From assembly GCF_038025025.1 (NCBI RefSeq), contig NW_027117352.1, positions 434,001 through 498,000 of the forward strand: DNA of 64,000 nucleotides, in the 5' to 3' direction. Positions 27,026 through 41,491 of the stretch are shown piece after piece (position 1 is the stretch's first letter; the number at the start of each line of letters is the position of its first letter). The translations under genes were made by a program, and so were the position numbers. The notes beneath the pieces were generated by a model. The model saw only the letters and a program-made list of their open reading frames with translations, was not told the DNA's origin and did no database searches. Source of the stretch: Phyllosticta citribraziliensis (taxonomy: Eukaryota).

Positions 27026-29496
27026 ATGGATCCACTTTCCATCGCAGCGAGCGCGATTGCGGTAGCAACACTTGCCAAGCAGATATGCGGCGCCTTTTCT
27101 GAGATGCGATCAACGTCGCGGAGTCTTCCCGGTCGCCTCCATGCATTGAACAACGAAGTAGCTGATCTCGAACTCGTCCTCATTGAGCTGGCATCGTTGG
27201 CGCAGAGACGTGTGATTCTGTCCGACAGCAAACATTCGACCATTCCGCACCATGTCAGCCAGGCGAGTTCGAAGCTGAGAGAGTTGCAAAACATCGTCGA
27301 GCGGCTGAGTGCAACTAGTCGAGAGAGCAAGGCGTGTTATTTCCTGGTCCACGTGTGGCGGAAAGAGAAGGGCAAGCTTCTGGTACTGCAAGAGGATATC
27401 AGGTCGATCAAGTGCAACCTGAACATTGTGCTTGGTGCATCGAACTCGTACGTTTCAATCCATCGATCAGTCGCGGGTAGCTTTGACAATCTTCCCGCAG
27501 ACAAGACATTATGCAGATGCGACTGAATCTTGCGGCCCTGTCGGTCACGACGACCCGATCCACGCAAGAGCAGATTGCTTCGCAATGCCAGGTGATGAGC
27601 AGTCTTAGCACTGTCGACGACCGTATATCTCGCGTGGAAAAGATGTTGCTCGCTCAGGCCGATCAAGTCCGAGAAAGTCAAAGGACCCAATTCGGAAGCT
27701 CGTACAACATGTCTGTCCAGAGGCGCGTCTCGCCGGCAAGAGGGAGAGTTCAGAATGAATTTGCACAGTCTGGAGGAGTTGGAATTCGTGTCACGCCATG
27801 CACGGTTGCTTGCCGTCCTGGCTGTGCCTGCGCATGTCATGCCGCGCAGAAGGTGACATCACCCCGAGTGTTGAATCGAATATTTGGCCACCTCTTCCTT
27901 GGATACACTGACATTCCATATTTATCACCAAAATGCTCCGAGGGGACATGTGGAAAGAATCGCGGCAGCAAGCTCAGTGTCGAATACTGGTTCCCGATGG
28001 GTTACATATCGTCAACAATTGTCCGGATGCAAGTTGGCTACCAACCCAGCACTGGTGCCTTGTTTCAGCTCCAGACTCTGAGAGCTGTCCCGGATGACGC
28101 AATGTGCATCAAATTTGCGATGAGTGGAAACATTGAGGGGCTGCAGCATCTTTTCAGCAGGGGCTTAGCATCGCCCCGAGATGTCAGTCCCGGCAGAGGC
28201 TACACGTTGTTGCGATGGGCTCTTTACGCAAAGCAATACCGGACATGTGAATTCCTAGTCAACGCTGGGGCCGATCCTGATTACCGGCCAGTCGCGGCGT
28301 CCGACAACAGTCCAAGGATCAAGGCCAGTAACTTTCTGCTTGAGGAAGGTCTTCCTGAGGTCGGAGTGGACGCTCTCCGGTTGATCACCAAGGGAGGATA
28401 TCACGAAGATTTTGTCGATGAGTCAGGTTTCACACTGATCCATCGAATTGTGTTGGGCTTGTCGCTGCATATCCTGGAAGAAGAGCTCGCACAGCATCCG
28501 GAAGAAATCAACACCCAAGATACCATGGGTCGGACACCGCTGGCTTGGGCGGCGGCAAGAGGAGATGCTCGTGCCGTGCTGACGTTGCTCTCCCATGGTG
28601 CGGACCCGAACATTTTGGACTCGCAAATCTCGGGGCCAGTGTCGAATGCAGCGGCGCGGGGATACTCAGCAGTAGTTCGATTGCTGCTCGAGGCTGGAGC
28701 ATATCCGGATCCCACAACTCCATCAGGCGTGCAGAAAGGCAGTCCTCTCCTCGTCGCGGCGCGCAACAGTACCGATATCGTCCTTCTCAAATCACTGCTC
28801 GACTTTGGAGCAGAGGTCGATGCCAGAGGCACAGACAAGCTCACATCGCTCATCCATGCCGCACGTAACGACAACGCAAGTTTTGCTTCGCTGCTTCTGG
28901 AGTATGGCGCTGATATTAATGCCGCCTCGACAACGGGAGCCACTCCTTTGACCACAGCCATTACGCATAACAGTCATAACGTCCTGCGGCTGGTGTTGGA
29001 TCGCTGGCACGAATACTCGGATTGCCCGCGGCTCAGAGGTCCACATTTGCTTCCCATAGCTGCGACATATGCAGACATGGGGACGTTGCAGATTCTGGCG
29101 GAGACGGATCATTTGAAACTGCGGCACGATCGAAACTATGCTGTCGGCGATTTTGCATCCCGTCTGCGTCAGCGTCCCGACTTTTCGGAGAAGCTTGCGA
29201 TGGCGTTCGACACGCTGCTGGACGTCATCAACTGGTCTCCGCCCAAGTTTGAGAGGAAGTGCCCCGAAAGTCTGCTTGAAATGGGTGTGCTCAGGCCCAA
29301 GCTTTCTTCGCAGTTTTCTTCGCAGACAACTTTGGTGGACGATGAGGAAAGTCCTAGCTGTTTGCGCTTCTTCTCTTGCAACACCTCACCCATCATTGGC
29401 GGATCGGACATGTCGTCTGAGCGGTCCTACGACTCTGAAAACGACGATGTCTTTGCAGATGCGCACGAGAAGGGAGCTGGAAGACATCCGGGTTGA
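27026..29496 (+). CDS. HeLo-like/SesA-type N-terminal domain + CxCxCH motif + ankyrin repeat protein, 2 exons
   Basis: N-terminus MDPLSIAASAIAV..LPGRLHALNNEVADLELVL and a CRPGCACACH motif. Ankyrin repeats GRTPLAWAA, GSPLLVAA, LTSLIHAA and GATPLTTA. Intron ~27449-27516. Confidence 0.85.
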
Positions 29497-29819
29497 GTCG
29501 AGTAACGTCAAGCGATTCGGACAGAGCTGGCGAAAGAGGCAAGGCGAAGGTTGATTCAGCTGTGAAATGCGTCTGGAAGGATAGAGACAAGAATGCCAGA
29601 TGAACGTGATTGCTTCGGCGAGCCACATGACTTGCACAAGATGAAGCACATTGTGACAATAGGAGTTGAGCGGACGGTAGGGTTGTAAGAGTTGCGCATT
29701 GTGGAAAGTCGGTGGTGACGACGGGAACACACGAGCTGGTGGTGATGGATCCAAGGTGGTCCATGCGCCAAACTAAGCCATGTTCGGAAATACAAGCGAC
29801 ATGACGGAGTGTGCGCTGG

Positions 29820-29940
29820 GTGGGTGGTTAGGTAGGTAAAGTAGTCAGGTACCTACAGTAGGTATGTAGGTAAGGTAGGCAGGTAGGCAAGTACCTACAT
29901 AGATGCACCCACAGGGAGGAATCTAGCTAGGTATGTAGTC
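29820..29940. repeat. GTAG/GGTA-rich low-complexity tract between convergent genes
   Basis: Visible ggtaggta/gtaggc iterations. Confidence 0.6.
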
Positions 29941-29990
29941 TCCTCGCAACGGGGCAACGGGCAGGAAGCCCTTCTCTCCCTCCCCACGAC

Positions 29991-31261
<1,271 letters not shown>

Positions 31262-31819
31262 TCACAATAGAGAGGGCTGGGATGAGGGGGAGCTACTGTT
31301 TGCTGGAGCAGCTCTACCTGCGACGGGGTGAGGATGGGATGAATCAGCTAGCCCGATGAATGCCGGCGGATGGCTGCGGTTGAGCTGACGGACGGAGGGC
31401 AGCAGCCAAGCCAAGGCAAGCAAAGCGGGAGGCTGGGAGAGGGCGAGAGTGAGGTTGAGGTGAGGGTGAGAGGTGGAAGATGTTATCGTTCAGGAACATG
31501 TGCCTGACTTAGGTTGGTTCCGCCGGGTCGCGCGTGATGTGATGCAGCCGTTGTCGACGTCAACTGCCGACCGAGCTCCTGATTGGCTTGGCACCCTTCG
31601 AATTACTACACGTCTCTTGAATTATTCGTACACTCTTTCTCTACCCCTCCCTTGCTCAATCCCACAAATGCAAGGGTGACAAAATGACAACCGAGTTGTA
31701 AACAGCTCTAGCGACTTAGCTAGGTGATTGATGCAATGCCGGTTTAGCATGCGAGCCCGTCCTTCGTCAATGAAACCCCACCGCTCTACCATAACAAGAA
31801 AGATCAGGAAGAAATGCAA

Positions 31820-33614
31820 TCAGGCCTTCGATGTCGTCTGATCCCGCAGGTAACCCTCCACCTGCTTGTCCTCCATCTTGTCCACCCGCTCATCCTCTGC
31901 TGCCGCCGTCTTTTCCGCATCTTCGCCCTCCTTTTTGCCGTTGACGAGTCCCACGCTCGCAGCCACGGACCCGGCCGTCTCCTTTGCTTGTTCTACAAGA
32001 CTCTTGCGCTTGCCCTCGCCTGTCTTGGTATCAGTCACATCCTTGGGGGCTTGTCCGACCGTGCTTGGCTCCATCATCACCGTCTTGTCACCATGGCCAT
32101 GGTCGTTGACGGCGGCGTGCGGCGTTCCATCCGCGAGCTGGCCTTCTGCGTGCGTGCCGTTTTGGCCGGCGAGGCGGGCCTCCGAGGTGCCCGTCCTGGC
32201 TTCCACCGTGCGGTCGGGCAGGTTGAGGTTGATTGCGCTGTTGCCGGAACGCGGCGAGTCGCTGGGAGGAGTCTCGAGGAGTTCGGCATTCGGGTCGACC
32301 GCCGGCTGCGTATATGTTCCCGTCGTCGTCTCCATCGGGTTAAGCTTTTCAATCAAGGGCGTGGCGCCCGCAACGGCCGAGCCGTGCATGGCCTTGAGGC
32401 TCGTGTTGGGCGCGTGCAACGAAGCAACCACCTGGCGGCGAGGCTGGCCGCCCTCGCTTCCCACTGCAATCGCCTGGATCAAGCCGCCCGACGTCTCTTC
32501 CCACTTGATGGGACCCATGGGGATTGTGTCCTTGCCGTCCTGCTTTGCCGAGTTGATAAACTCCAAGCGTTCGATGATGCTCGGCTCCAGGTTGGGCAGC
32601 TGGCCGAATTCGTAATCCAGCTTGCCGCCATACCGCTTGGGGATGTTTTCGGGGTCGATGTACTTTTCCAGAGTCTCCTTCATGTTGGAGCTTGTGAGGA
32701 TGAAGATTTTGGAGACGGTGATGGGGTCAAACCACCGCTTGATCCAGCTCCAGACGGTGGGGAAAAAGGCCGGGGCGCCAATGATGAATATCCGGTCCAG
32801 GGTCTCGGGGTAGTGTGCTGTTGCCAGTTGCGAGGCGTCTTGCATGTGGTTTTTGAGGTTCCAAAACTGCTTGAGGCCGACCTTTGAAATATCGACAATG
32901 TTGTTGCTCTGCGAAATGGGTGTCTCTGGATGACTCCGGTCTGGCATGGCCGAGCACAGGGGCATGACGAAGCGGGTAAGGTTTTCGTAGAGGGCAAACA
33001 GGCGGAGCAGCCTGCCGGGGACCTTGCGGTCTTTTGTGGTGTTGCCGCCGTCGGCCTTTTTCTGGCTGGCCTCGTATGCGGCAATGTTTTTGGAGTTGAG
33101 GTGGGCGACTTCAAAGAGGTAGACGGGGATGCCCCGCTTGTCGCGGCGACCAGTCCATTGCGGGTACTAAGGACAGTCAGCGTCGTCCGGGACCAGAGCG
33201 AAACTCGGGCACTCACCAGGCGGCGCGTCTCGTCGTACTCCTTGACGTCAATGGTGTCGTAGAGGTTGTCGAGGCGGTTCTCCTTGCGCCAGTCTTCGGT
33301 CTCCCTGAATTGCTTGAGAGCGTCGGCAGGGCTAAACTTGCGCGCTCTCAGGTACCGGCTGCGCTAGGCGTCAGCAGGCGCGGGGGCTGAGACTACATGT
33401 ACTCGCACAAGACTCACAGCATCGTCTCGTCGTCATGGCTGGGGATCTTCTTGTCGTCGACGCCGGCGGGACGGTAGTATCCGGCATCTTTGCACAGCTC
33501 CTTGAACTTGTCGAGGGCCGTCTCCTGGTTGGCCGTGAGATGGCCGAGGTGGGCAGCGGGGTACTGGTACGAGTCGAAGCGCGACAGCTCGGCGCTGGCG
33601 TCGTCTTGGGGCAT
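31820..33614 (-). CDS. CRAL-TRIO / Sec14-like lipid transfer protein, multi-exon
   Basis: Segments HLGHLTANQETALDKFK..HDDETML|RYLRARKF, YPQWTGRRDKRGIP and ATAHYPETLDRIFIIGAPAFFPTVWSWIKRWFDP..IPKRYGG. Confidence 0.92.
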
Positions 33615-35893
33615 GTTGGAGAGGCGGTACGAAGGCGATGTGGGGAGGCGAGACGAATGTTTAAAGAAAGGGTTTTGCGAGGTTCAAGGACGAGGAGGGC
33701 CCTGCAAGGCTTGAGATGTGGTCGGCCTCTCGCTCATCCGCGCAGCCGCCCCGAAGATGACATACCATGTACCACAGTGCGCTCTGCTCCCATTCGGGGC
33801 GACCGGCTCCCACCGGATTCTCACCTCATCAGCGGGCGCACAATGGCTGTCCACGTCGAGCAATTCTCGTCCATCTGACCTCGATGCGCCAGGTCGCCGA
33901 CGGCGCCGTTTCGACAAAGACTGACAATAAACAAGACGGCGAGCGGGTGCGGGCGCCGGGCCGCTGTGCGTGAAAGACGGACTGCTGTTCGCGGTCAGGG
34001 TGCTTGATCCCGGGACCCCAGGGCGCGCCGGCAGCTGTCAAAAGGTCGCTAAAGACGTCATTCAGGCCCAAGCAAAAAGACTCCGAGCGGCGACACCGAA
34101 GCGGACGAGCGGACGGCCGACGAAGAGCATTGCTTGGTTACCGCGGGGCCGCCTCCTCTCCGCCCTCCGCATTACTCTCTCTCTGCTTCACGTTCTCTCA
34201 GATGACGCTCTATAAACATGGCCGCGGCCCCTCTTCGACTTTGCATGCGATCCAGATCCGAGATGGCCAAGGCTGCCCCCTCTCAATCCGACCAATCACC
34301 TTGTCCGCACAGCTCGTGTCCATCACAATTTTTGGGTCAGTCTGAAAGAGCCTGGAGATCAACAGCCATCTTTTGAGCCGCCCAGCCCTGTGACTGCGGC
34401 TCGCTGCTTGGACTTTCGGGAGCTGTTTGGACATGGGCGGCTCTCTGGTATCCCCTTGTGTGCCTACTCCATTTGATCGGATCATGAGCGTGGAAGTCGT
34501 TGTTTGGCAGCTGATTCTACAGTCTTTGGTCAGACGATGCGAAGGGCTCTGTATTCCGTAGTCCGTTCGACTGCCACGCTTGTCACTTTGCAGAGCATCA
34601 ACAAGGAACAGACGTCTCCCGTAAGCTCCAGCGTTTCGACAAATTATTAGAGTCTGGCGGCTCCCACCTCTCATCCGGCGTTTTGGCACCGTCCAGTCTG
34701 AATTTGACAGAGACGCCATCGAGCGCAATGGCTGCTGTCAGCCTCCGGCGCACCGAGAACAAATCAACCAATCCCGCGCACTCCTGACTGATCCGCAACG
34801 CCTCGTGGTCAGCAACCCACCACCAACACAAATAGATGTTGCTTGTTCGAAAAAAGTCTCGCTCGCGCCATCAAAAACAGCTGACTACGGCCAAGATCAC
34901 AACGTCACAATCGCCGAGCTTTGCCAGGAGCGGAGCGAGACAGACGCGCGGGAGTGCACCGGGCCGGCCGTGCCAAGCTGGTTCCTCGCGACGTCGGAAG
35001 GATGGCCCCGAGGGCGGACCTTCCTGCCGTTGGGCCGAAAAGAAGGCGTTGGAACTGCCGGTGATGATGGGCAGGGGGGCAAGGGGGCGGCTGGAAACGG
35101 GAGCGTGGGTCATGGTTGTGGCGGCTCTGCAGGGGTCTGAGAAAAGGGTTGGTGATTGGTAAGGAACGGTCGCGGGGTTGCAGGAGAAAGTCTGTCAAGG
35201 GGAGTTGGGGTTTGGGAGGGTGAAAAGTGAAAAATCAGCATGGCAAGAGACGGGAACCTTTCATCAACCAAGTCTCGTAAGCAGAGGCAATGCTATGGCT
35301 TTCTCATGATCCCCAGTTGGTGAGTGGTATACTTTGCCCCGTAAGCTGAGCTGTCGCCAGGTCTTGTTTCGAATTGTCTGCGATTGCAACTCATCAAGCG
35401 ATGGCAATCTTCGTCTACCTGGTCGCCGTCAACGAGATCATGTCGAATCGCGCGACAAAATTGCCATATCGAGCACAACGGCATTCGAATTGCGGGGACG
35501 CCACGTTTAGTACTGTGGCTGATGGAGTTGTGGCGATGCGCTCAATGTCGTCATCCCCAGGCGACCCTCGGACCCCTCCTGAATGCCCTGGAATCCATCG
35601 ATGGTCCCCAAGTGAAGGCCCCGAATTTCTCGTGGACAACAGCGAGACGAGAAACTGCACATGAGAAATTGCTCTCCGTCGACAACCGGACAAGCAACTG
35701 CCAATCCACAGTCCAAGACAACAATCAATGAAACAATCAGACAGCCAACCTTAACCCACCCACTATCCGATGGCGGGGCACTTCCGATCCGAGGGCCCCT
35801 CGGCGGAGAGCTGTATCAGTACTTGAACAACACCCACAACCTGCTCTCCAGATCCCTCTCCATCCCACGTCAAGCAGCAATTGAAGCGACACC

Positions 35894-36684
35894 ATGCCCA
35901 ACGTGACCGAAGACGCCATCATTCCCCTGCGCTCCGGCGTCGACCTCGAGTCGCCCGACAGCCCCGACGCCCAGGCATGGCGCAAGACGCTGGCCATTCT
36001 GGCAGAGCAGCCCGGATGCGTGCGCCTAGCCACGGGCCTGCAAGTCGAGAATCCAGACGTGATGCAGATGCTCATTGGTACGCCTGCGTCTCCGCGACCG
36101 ACCGATGATGTCAACACACCCAATTCGCCCTTGCCCTCCTTCAACACCAACATGGCCAAAGCGCTGACGGACGAATAGAGTGGAACAGCGTCCAAGACCA
36201 CGCCAACTTCATGGCCGCGCCTGCCTACGAGCCCTTCTTCAACAACGTCAAGGCCATCATGTCGCCGACGGCCGCGCCCACCCTCACCCACCACACCCTC
36301 TCCGCGCACGCGTTGTCTCCCTCCGACGCCCCCGTCACCGCGTCGCCCGTCACCGAGCTCGTCTCCTTCTACTTCCCGCCCGACTTCGCCGAAGCCGACT
36401 TCGACGAGCCGCTGCAGGTCTTCGCCGACGCCGCCGCCCAGCACGCCCAGGGCCTGCGCGCCTCCGCCCACGGCTGGTCCGTCGAGAGTGACATCGAGCA
36501 TGCGAGCCTCGCCGCCGCGGGCGGCAAGGGCAAGGTGTGGTTGCTGGTTGTCGGCTGGGATAGCATCGATGCGCATATGGCGTATAGGCAGACGGACGCT
36601 TTCCGCGACACGATTGGCGGGTTGAGGGCGAAGGCTAGTGGTGTGGAGATGCACCATGTTGTTTTTAAGGAGTATCAGGGGTAG
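35894..36684 (+). CDS. Dimeric alpha/beta barrel (ABM-like) protein, 2 exons
   Basis: Two repeats: QPGCVRLATGLQVENPD..EWNSVQDHANF and GWSVE..LVVGWDSIDAHMAYRQTDAF..MHHVVF. Intron ~36078-36178. Confidence 0.82.
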
Positions 36685-37840
36685 GCGGCAGTTCGTGCGC
36701 AGTTTGAGTGTTTCCTTGTCTTGGATGGGTTTCTTGCGGTATATGAGATTGGTTTTGAAAGCGCCGCAAAATTGATACTGAGCGTTAGTATTCCGTCGTT
36801 TGAATGCAACCAACGGCTTCGGCAACATGTAGAGAAGAACACAAACGGCAGGCTTTTTGCGTGGTTTTGGCTCACCGTACCAAAACGCCTTGAAGCAGTC
36901 GACAAAGTGCATTTTTGGATTCTCCCAGTTCAACACTAAACGCGTCTTGCCAACAGCCAACCAAGAGCGGGGCCAAACTGCCTTTCTTAGGTTGCCTTCA
37001 AATCTCCCGCATGCATATTCTGGTGATGACATCATGGAGACAAAAGATTTGTTACAAAGGATAAGGTTGGACTGACAGACGCACATTGTGGTGGATTTGA
37101 GTGGTGTGTCGTCCCTGTAAAAGATAGTTTGCGTGGAGAATTCGCGTGCATTCACAAGCAGCAGATAGACCCCCTTGGAGTGGGCTGCCCAGGATGGATC
37201 CGGATGTTGACGCGTGCATATAAAGAACAGTGTCACTGGCACGCCCCGCCCTTCCATCTGCCCGTCCTTACGTGACTCGCCTTCTCTCTTCCGGCTCACT
37301 TCCTGTGTATTCATGCCATGTCATGCCTGGCCTACCTCCCAGTCTACCGACCGACCTGTGTACATGTATAAGTACCATGTATGTCAGCTACGTGCAAATA
37401 TACCAAGCTACACCACATCACACCATTCGGCTACCTTTTATCAGCCGCGGGCGTGAAAGTCAGCGTGAGGGTCTGACAATGAGAGAAAGAGCGAAGATTA
37501 TCAGGGTGGAAATGGTATGGCGTGGAACAGACTGCACGAGAACAAACTGCACGAGAACAGACAACTTTTCAGTACTTCTCCTGAGTTTGAAACAACCTAT
37601 CACGCCCTCTTTTGTCTGGTCTACTGTACATAATTCATGCAGTGCCTACGCAGATCACAGGACGAGAGGATGAAAGACAGGGAACGATTGTAAAAGTACA
37701 TGCATTTTTCTAGTGGGAAATGGTCAAGCAAGCAAGCAAGGGGTATTATAGACATGACACATGACGGGGGGCCTCCGGTGACTTTTCCCCTGAGATACAT
37801 CCGCACCCCCTTCCCCTTCTCCTTTTCCTTCTCCTTTTCC

Positions 37841-39588
37841 TTACCGCCCCCCAACCTGCCCGCTCGGCAGCGGCCTCACCCACACAACCGCCACACTAAT
37901 CGCCATACTAATGACGCCAATAATCCAAAAGCAGCTGGCGTAGTCCTTGCCGTGGTACCTGAAAATGATGGCAAACACGATGCCGCCCAGGTTGCCGGCC
38001 GCGCCCGTCACGCCGCTGACGATGCCGTTGGCGTACGGGTGCACGTGCGGCACCAGCGCGAAGTTCAGCCCGTTGGCGCCCTCGAGGAAGAAGGCCGCCC
38101 CCGCCACGAGCCCGAACATGGTGCTCTTGTCCTTGGGGTCGAGTGCGCCGATGATGATCAGGAACGCGCCCATAAGCACGATGTAGCTGTGGAGGAGCAG
38201 TTTCTTGGCCCACAGGCTGCCGCCCGTCGAGCGGTAGGCCACGTCGGATGCCACGCCGCCCAGCGGGCGGAACACGGCGTTGAGCAGGCCGAACATGGCG
38301 GCCCAGTTGCCGCGGTCCTGCAGCGAGAGCGACGGGAAGTTGACCGCGTAGTAGTTGCTCAGGATGCTGTTGATGCTGAGCTCGGCGCCGAAGCTGCAGA
38401 AGTAGCACGCGGCGAGGACGAGCGTGGCGGGGGAGAAGGTCACGGCGAGGGCCTCGCGGAGGGTCGGTTTTTGGATCACTTCCGACGCGGCGGCTTCGAG
38501 CGTCGACGTGGACAGGTTGTTGACGTCTGTCGCCGAGGCTTCGACGTCGGGCGTCTCTTTTGCGTCTTTGGTGGCCCCCTTTTCGGACGAGTTCGAGGGG
38601 GTGTGGGTTCCGTTGAGGGTTGGTGTCGCACTGATGCCCCCTGGTACTTTGACAATGTTGGAGCCCCCAGTTTGATGCACAACCAGATTCCGGTCTTCCC
38701 ATTTGCCTGTAGGACAGTCGGGGCATAGCAGAAGTAGGGCGATTGCCGTGGTTGTGATCAAAATTCCCGGAACCACAAAACTCACCCTCCACGCCACGTG
38801 TGGCCGCAACCCATCATCGACAAGACTCTCGTAGATCGACACCATAGCAAAAAAAGTAATGCCGCCCCCAGAATTTCCTAGTCCACCGGTTAATGAGTTG
38901 GCTGTACCGACAATGTTCTTGTCGAAGAAGCCCGTGGTCCATACCTGGCAGGGGACGAAGCTCCCACCAAGTATACCGACGAAAAACCGGAGAACCAGCA
39001 GTCCAGAAGCATTGTAGACGGCGCCAGCAAGGAAAGTAGGGACGGCGCCAATCAGGAGGCATCCGGCAAAGGTCCAGCGGGGCCCGAATCGATCGCACGC
39101 CGTGCCGGCAACGAGCCGCACCAGGAGTCTGTGGGGAAAACGACGATCAGCACACAAGCTTTTTTCCCTCTAAAAGGGATCGCCGGGGCCGACGACGGAG
39201 GGGAGCTTAACGCACGTGGCAACCAGGGCTATAATGTTCGAGTTGGCTATCTCCACCTGCGAGAGCCCGAGGTCTGCCTTGATAATATCGCTGAGGAGTG
39301 GCGGGAAGGCATACCTTTTTTGGTAATATTAACAGGTTAGCGAGTAGGCAGACAGAGAGATAAGTGGCGGGGATGGGGAGCAGGGGGTGCCGCGGTGTTG
39401 GGGCGGAGCGGAGTCCGCCAGGTGGGTGTAAATACTGACCACGACCAAAAGGCAATCATGAAGCCGAACCACGAGAAGAAGAAGACGCGGCCATAGAGGT
39501 TGAAGGGGTTGAGCGCAGGGATGGAGCGGGCCTTGTGGTTAAGAGGGTTGACGGCGGGCGCCCGATATAGCAACGAGAGGTCGAACAT
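37841..39588 (-). CDS. High-affinity nitrate transporter (NRT2/NNP family MFS; NrtA/NrtB-like), 3 exons
   Basis: Segments [46 protein letters not shown] and [23 protein letters not shown], plus the nitrate signature GAAGNLGGI. Confidence 0.93.
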
Positions 39589-39969
39589 GGTGTTTGACCC
39601 GAACGAGCTGCTGTTGCCGGAACTTTTTGTATGTTGGATGGGACTCTGGACAAGGTGGTCTGACAGCAGCAGGAGAGAAGAGCTGGACAACGACGTCTGT
39701 GCTAAGTGGCCACGCTTCCGGGCCTAAATAGATGATCTGAGCGTGTCGTAGAGCATGGCGTGCGTTGCAACAGATGGACTCATGTATCTGGATGAAGCAT
39801 CTCCGGTTTGGCTACCTCATGGCATCCGAGCAGTATGTCCGCGGGCTCTCAGTACTCGCTCAAGACCCCGGCAGCCACGAGGTTCGGCTGTGCAGTCGTG
39901 CAGTCTTGGAGGGCAAGGAAAAGCAAAATTCGGCGAGCTGAGTGGGCGAGGGCGTCCGTGCTGAGGGAC

Positions 39970-40330
39970 TACTGATAAGGAGCCGTTGTACCAAGGGACC
40001 GCGGGAGAGCCATCCACCCCCAGACTGCGCTTGGGATACCCCTTCTGCAGGCGGCGCTCATTGACGTCGTCTTCAGATCTCCAGGCTTATCTCTCGCTCG
40101 ACCTCTATACCCCTGCGTGCAATGAGCAGTAGCGTGTCGGAACCTTATCAGTTGGCCCAGTCAGCCAATTTCAAACCGCATCAAGAAGCTCTCGACAGCC
40201 CTTCTCCGCGGTGTTGACTGTCGACAGCTTGGACTCGGGATCGAAGTTTGAGAGAATGATTTTAATGGAGCCGATGCTGTCAATGCCTTGCCATCATGAC
40301 CGGCAACCACGAGCAGATGCCGCGGAGCGC
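39970..40330. promoter_or_regulatory. Two NirA-type sites (CTCCGCGG) and clustered AreA-type HGATAR sites upstream of the nitrate transporter
   Basis: CTCCGCGG at 40204-40211 (+) and 40320-40327 (-). TGATAA at 39973, TTATCT at ~40087, TTATCA at ~40145, and another TTATCT at ~40584. Confidence 0.7.
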
Positions 40331-41491
40331 GCCTTGTTTTGACTGGCTTTTGGACGCGTTGCTTTACGGATCGGTTTTTAGCTAGGACTGAATTGACTGG
40401 TCCTAATCCGTCAAAAAGCTGCTGTTGGCAGTATTCTCAGGGCGAATCCGTGGTGGCCGTTTGGGAATGCAGACCTGATTGCAAGGCACGCAGGGAATGA
40501 TGAGGTTGCCAGAGGCGCCGTCGTCGTCGGCATCGGTTAGCTTCCGCTTTGGCGTGGGATTCGACGGGAGCGGCAGGAAACCCTTATCTCTGGGCGCTAT
40601 CATCCAATGAGCAACCTAGAGATGACCCTGGTCGACAAGCTCTCCCGGCTGGCTATCATGTCACGTGTCAACCACGTCGGACTGTTTGTTGTTCATGACT
40701 GTCTATGTTGATACGTTTTAACGCAGCTTGCTGAGTTGTCTGCGAACTGCATCAGTGTCTTTCTTGTGCATCGTGGAGTGTGGCGAACGACAAACGCAGA
40801 GAAGGAATCAAACCTTGTTCTAGCAAACGATTGTTAACTCTTTACCTTACCACTGTTCAAAAGACACTGTTTCGGATCCAGCCTACAGGCGTTACGTGGA
40901 ATTCAAAACATCTCCATGCAAGACGAGTGAGGCGGGAAAACAGGTAAAACGTCTGTCGTTATTCTGATAGTTGACCAATTGCAACATACTTGGAAAATGA
41001 GACAAACTCATGACAGCCGAAATACCAAGCAGAGTCCGATAAGATAATCTTGGAAACACGCCAGTAAGGCCCAAGGCGGACATGTGGACCGTCTCTGCTT
41101 ACAGTCCCGCCGTACAGCGCATCTCAAGAACAGATGACTTGAAGCCGCCCTTTTCCGCGCCCACGGACTGACATGCTCGCTGGTTTGAGATGAAGGAAGG
41201 AAAAAAATCAAGAGTCGAGGTTGAGGGCCCACCGGAAGGAGTCCCACCGAAAATGTAGATCAAGAACAGACATGTCCGCGGACCAAACTGCCTTGCCCCG
41301 CCAGTTCACGACGGCGGAGCAATTCTCCAAACAAACCCATCTCCAGCGCCATGCACATGTCGAAACGAATTGATCATTACATCGTCGTCATCATGAGTTT
41401 TGGCATGGCCGTTCCGTCGTCAAAAAAAAAAAAAAAAGGACTGCCCGCAGTCTCGCCACCATGGGAGCTCGGGTTTGTCACGAGACAAGGC

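Noticed and set aside
31814..32887. 357-aa plus-strand ORF (likewise 37700-38728, 8849-9607, 13597-14454)
   Set aside because: Antisense shadows of the CRAL-TRIO, nitrate transporter, HPC2 and TBCC genes.
34871..35113. 80-aa minus-strand ORF with a good start context
   Set aside because: No motif or homology recognisable, so the support is insufficient.
35737..37314. 525-aa minus-strand ORF
   Set aside because: Antisense to the ABM-barrel gene and its flanks, with no motifs. Long shadow ORFs are expected at this GC content.
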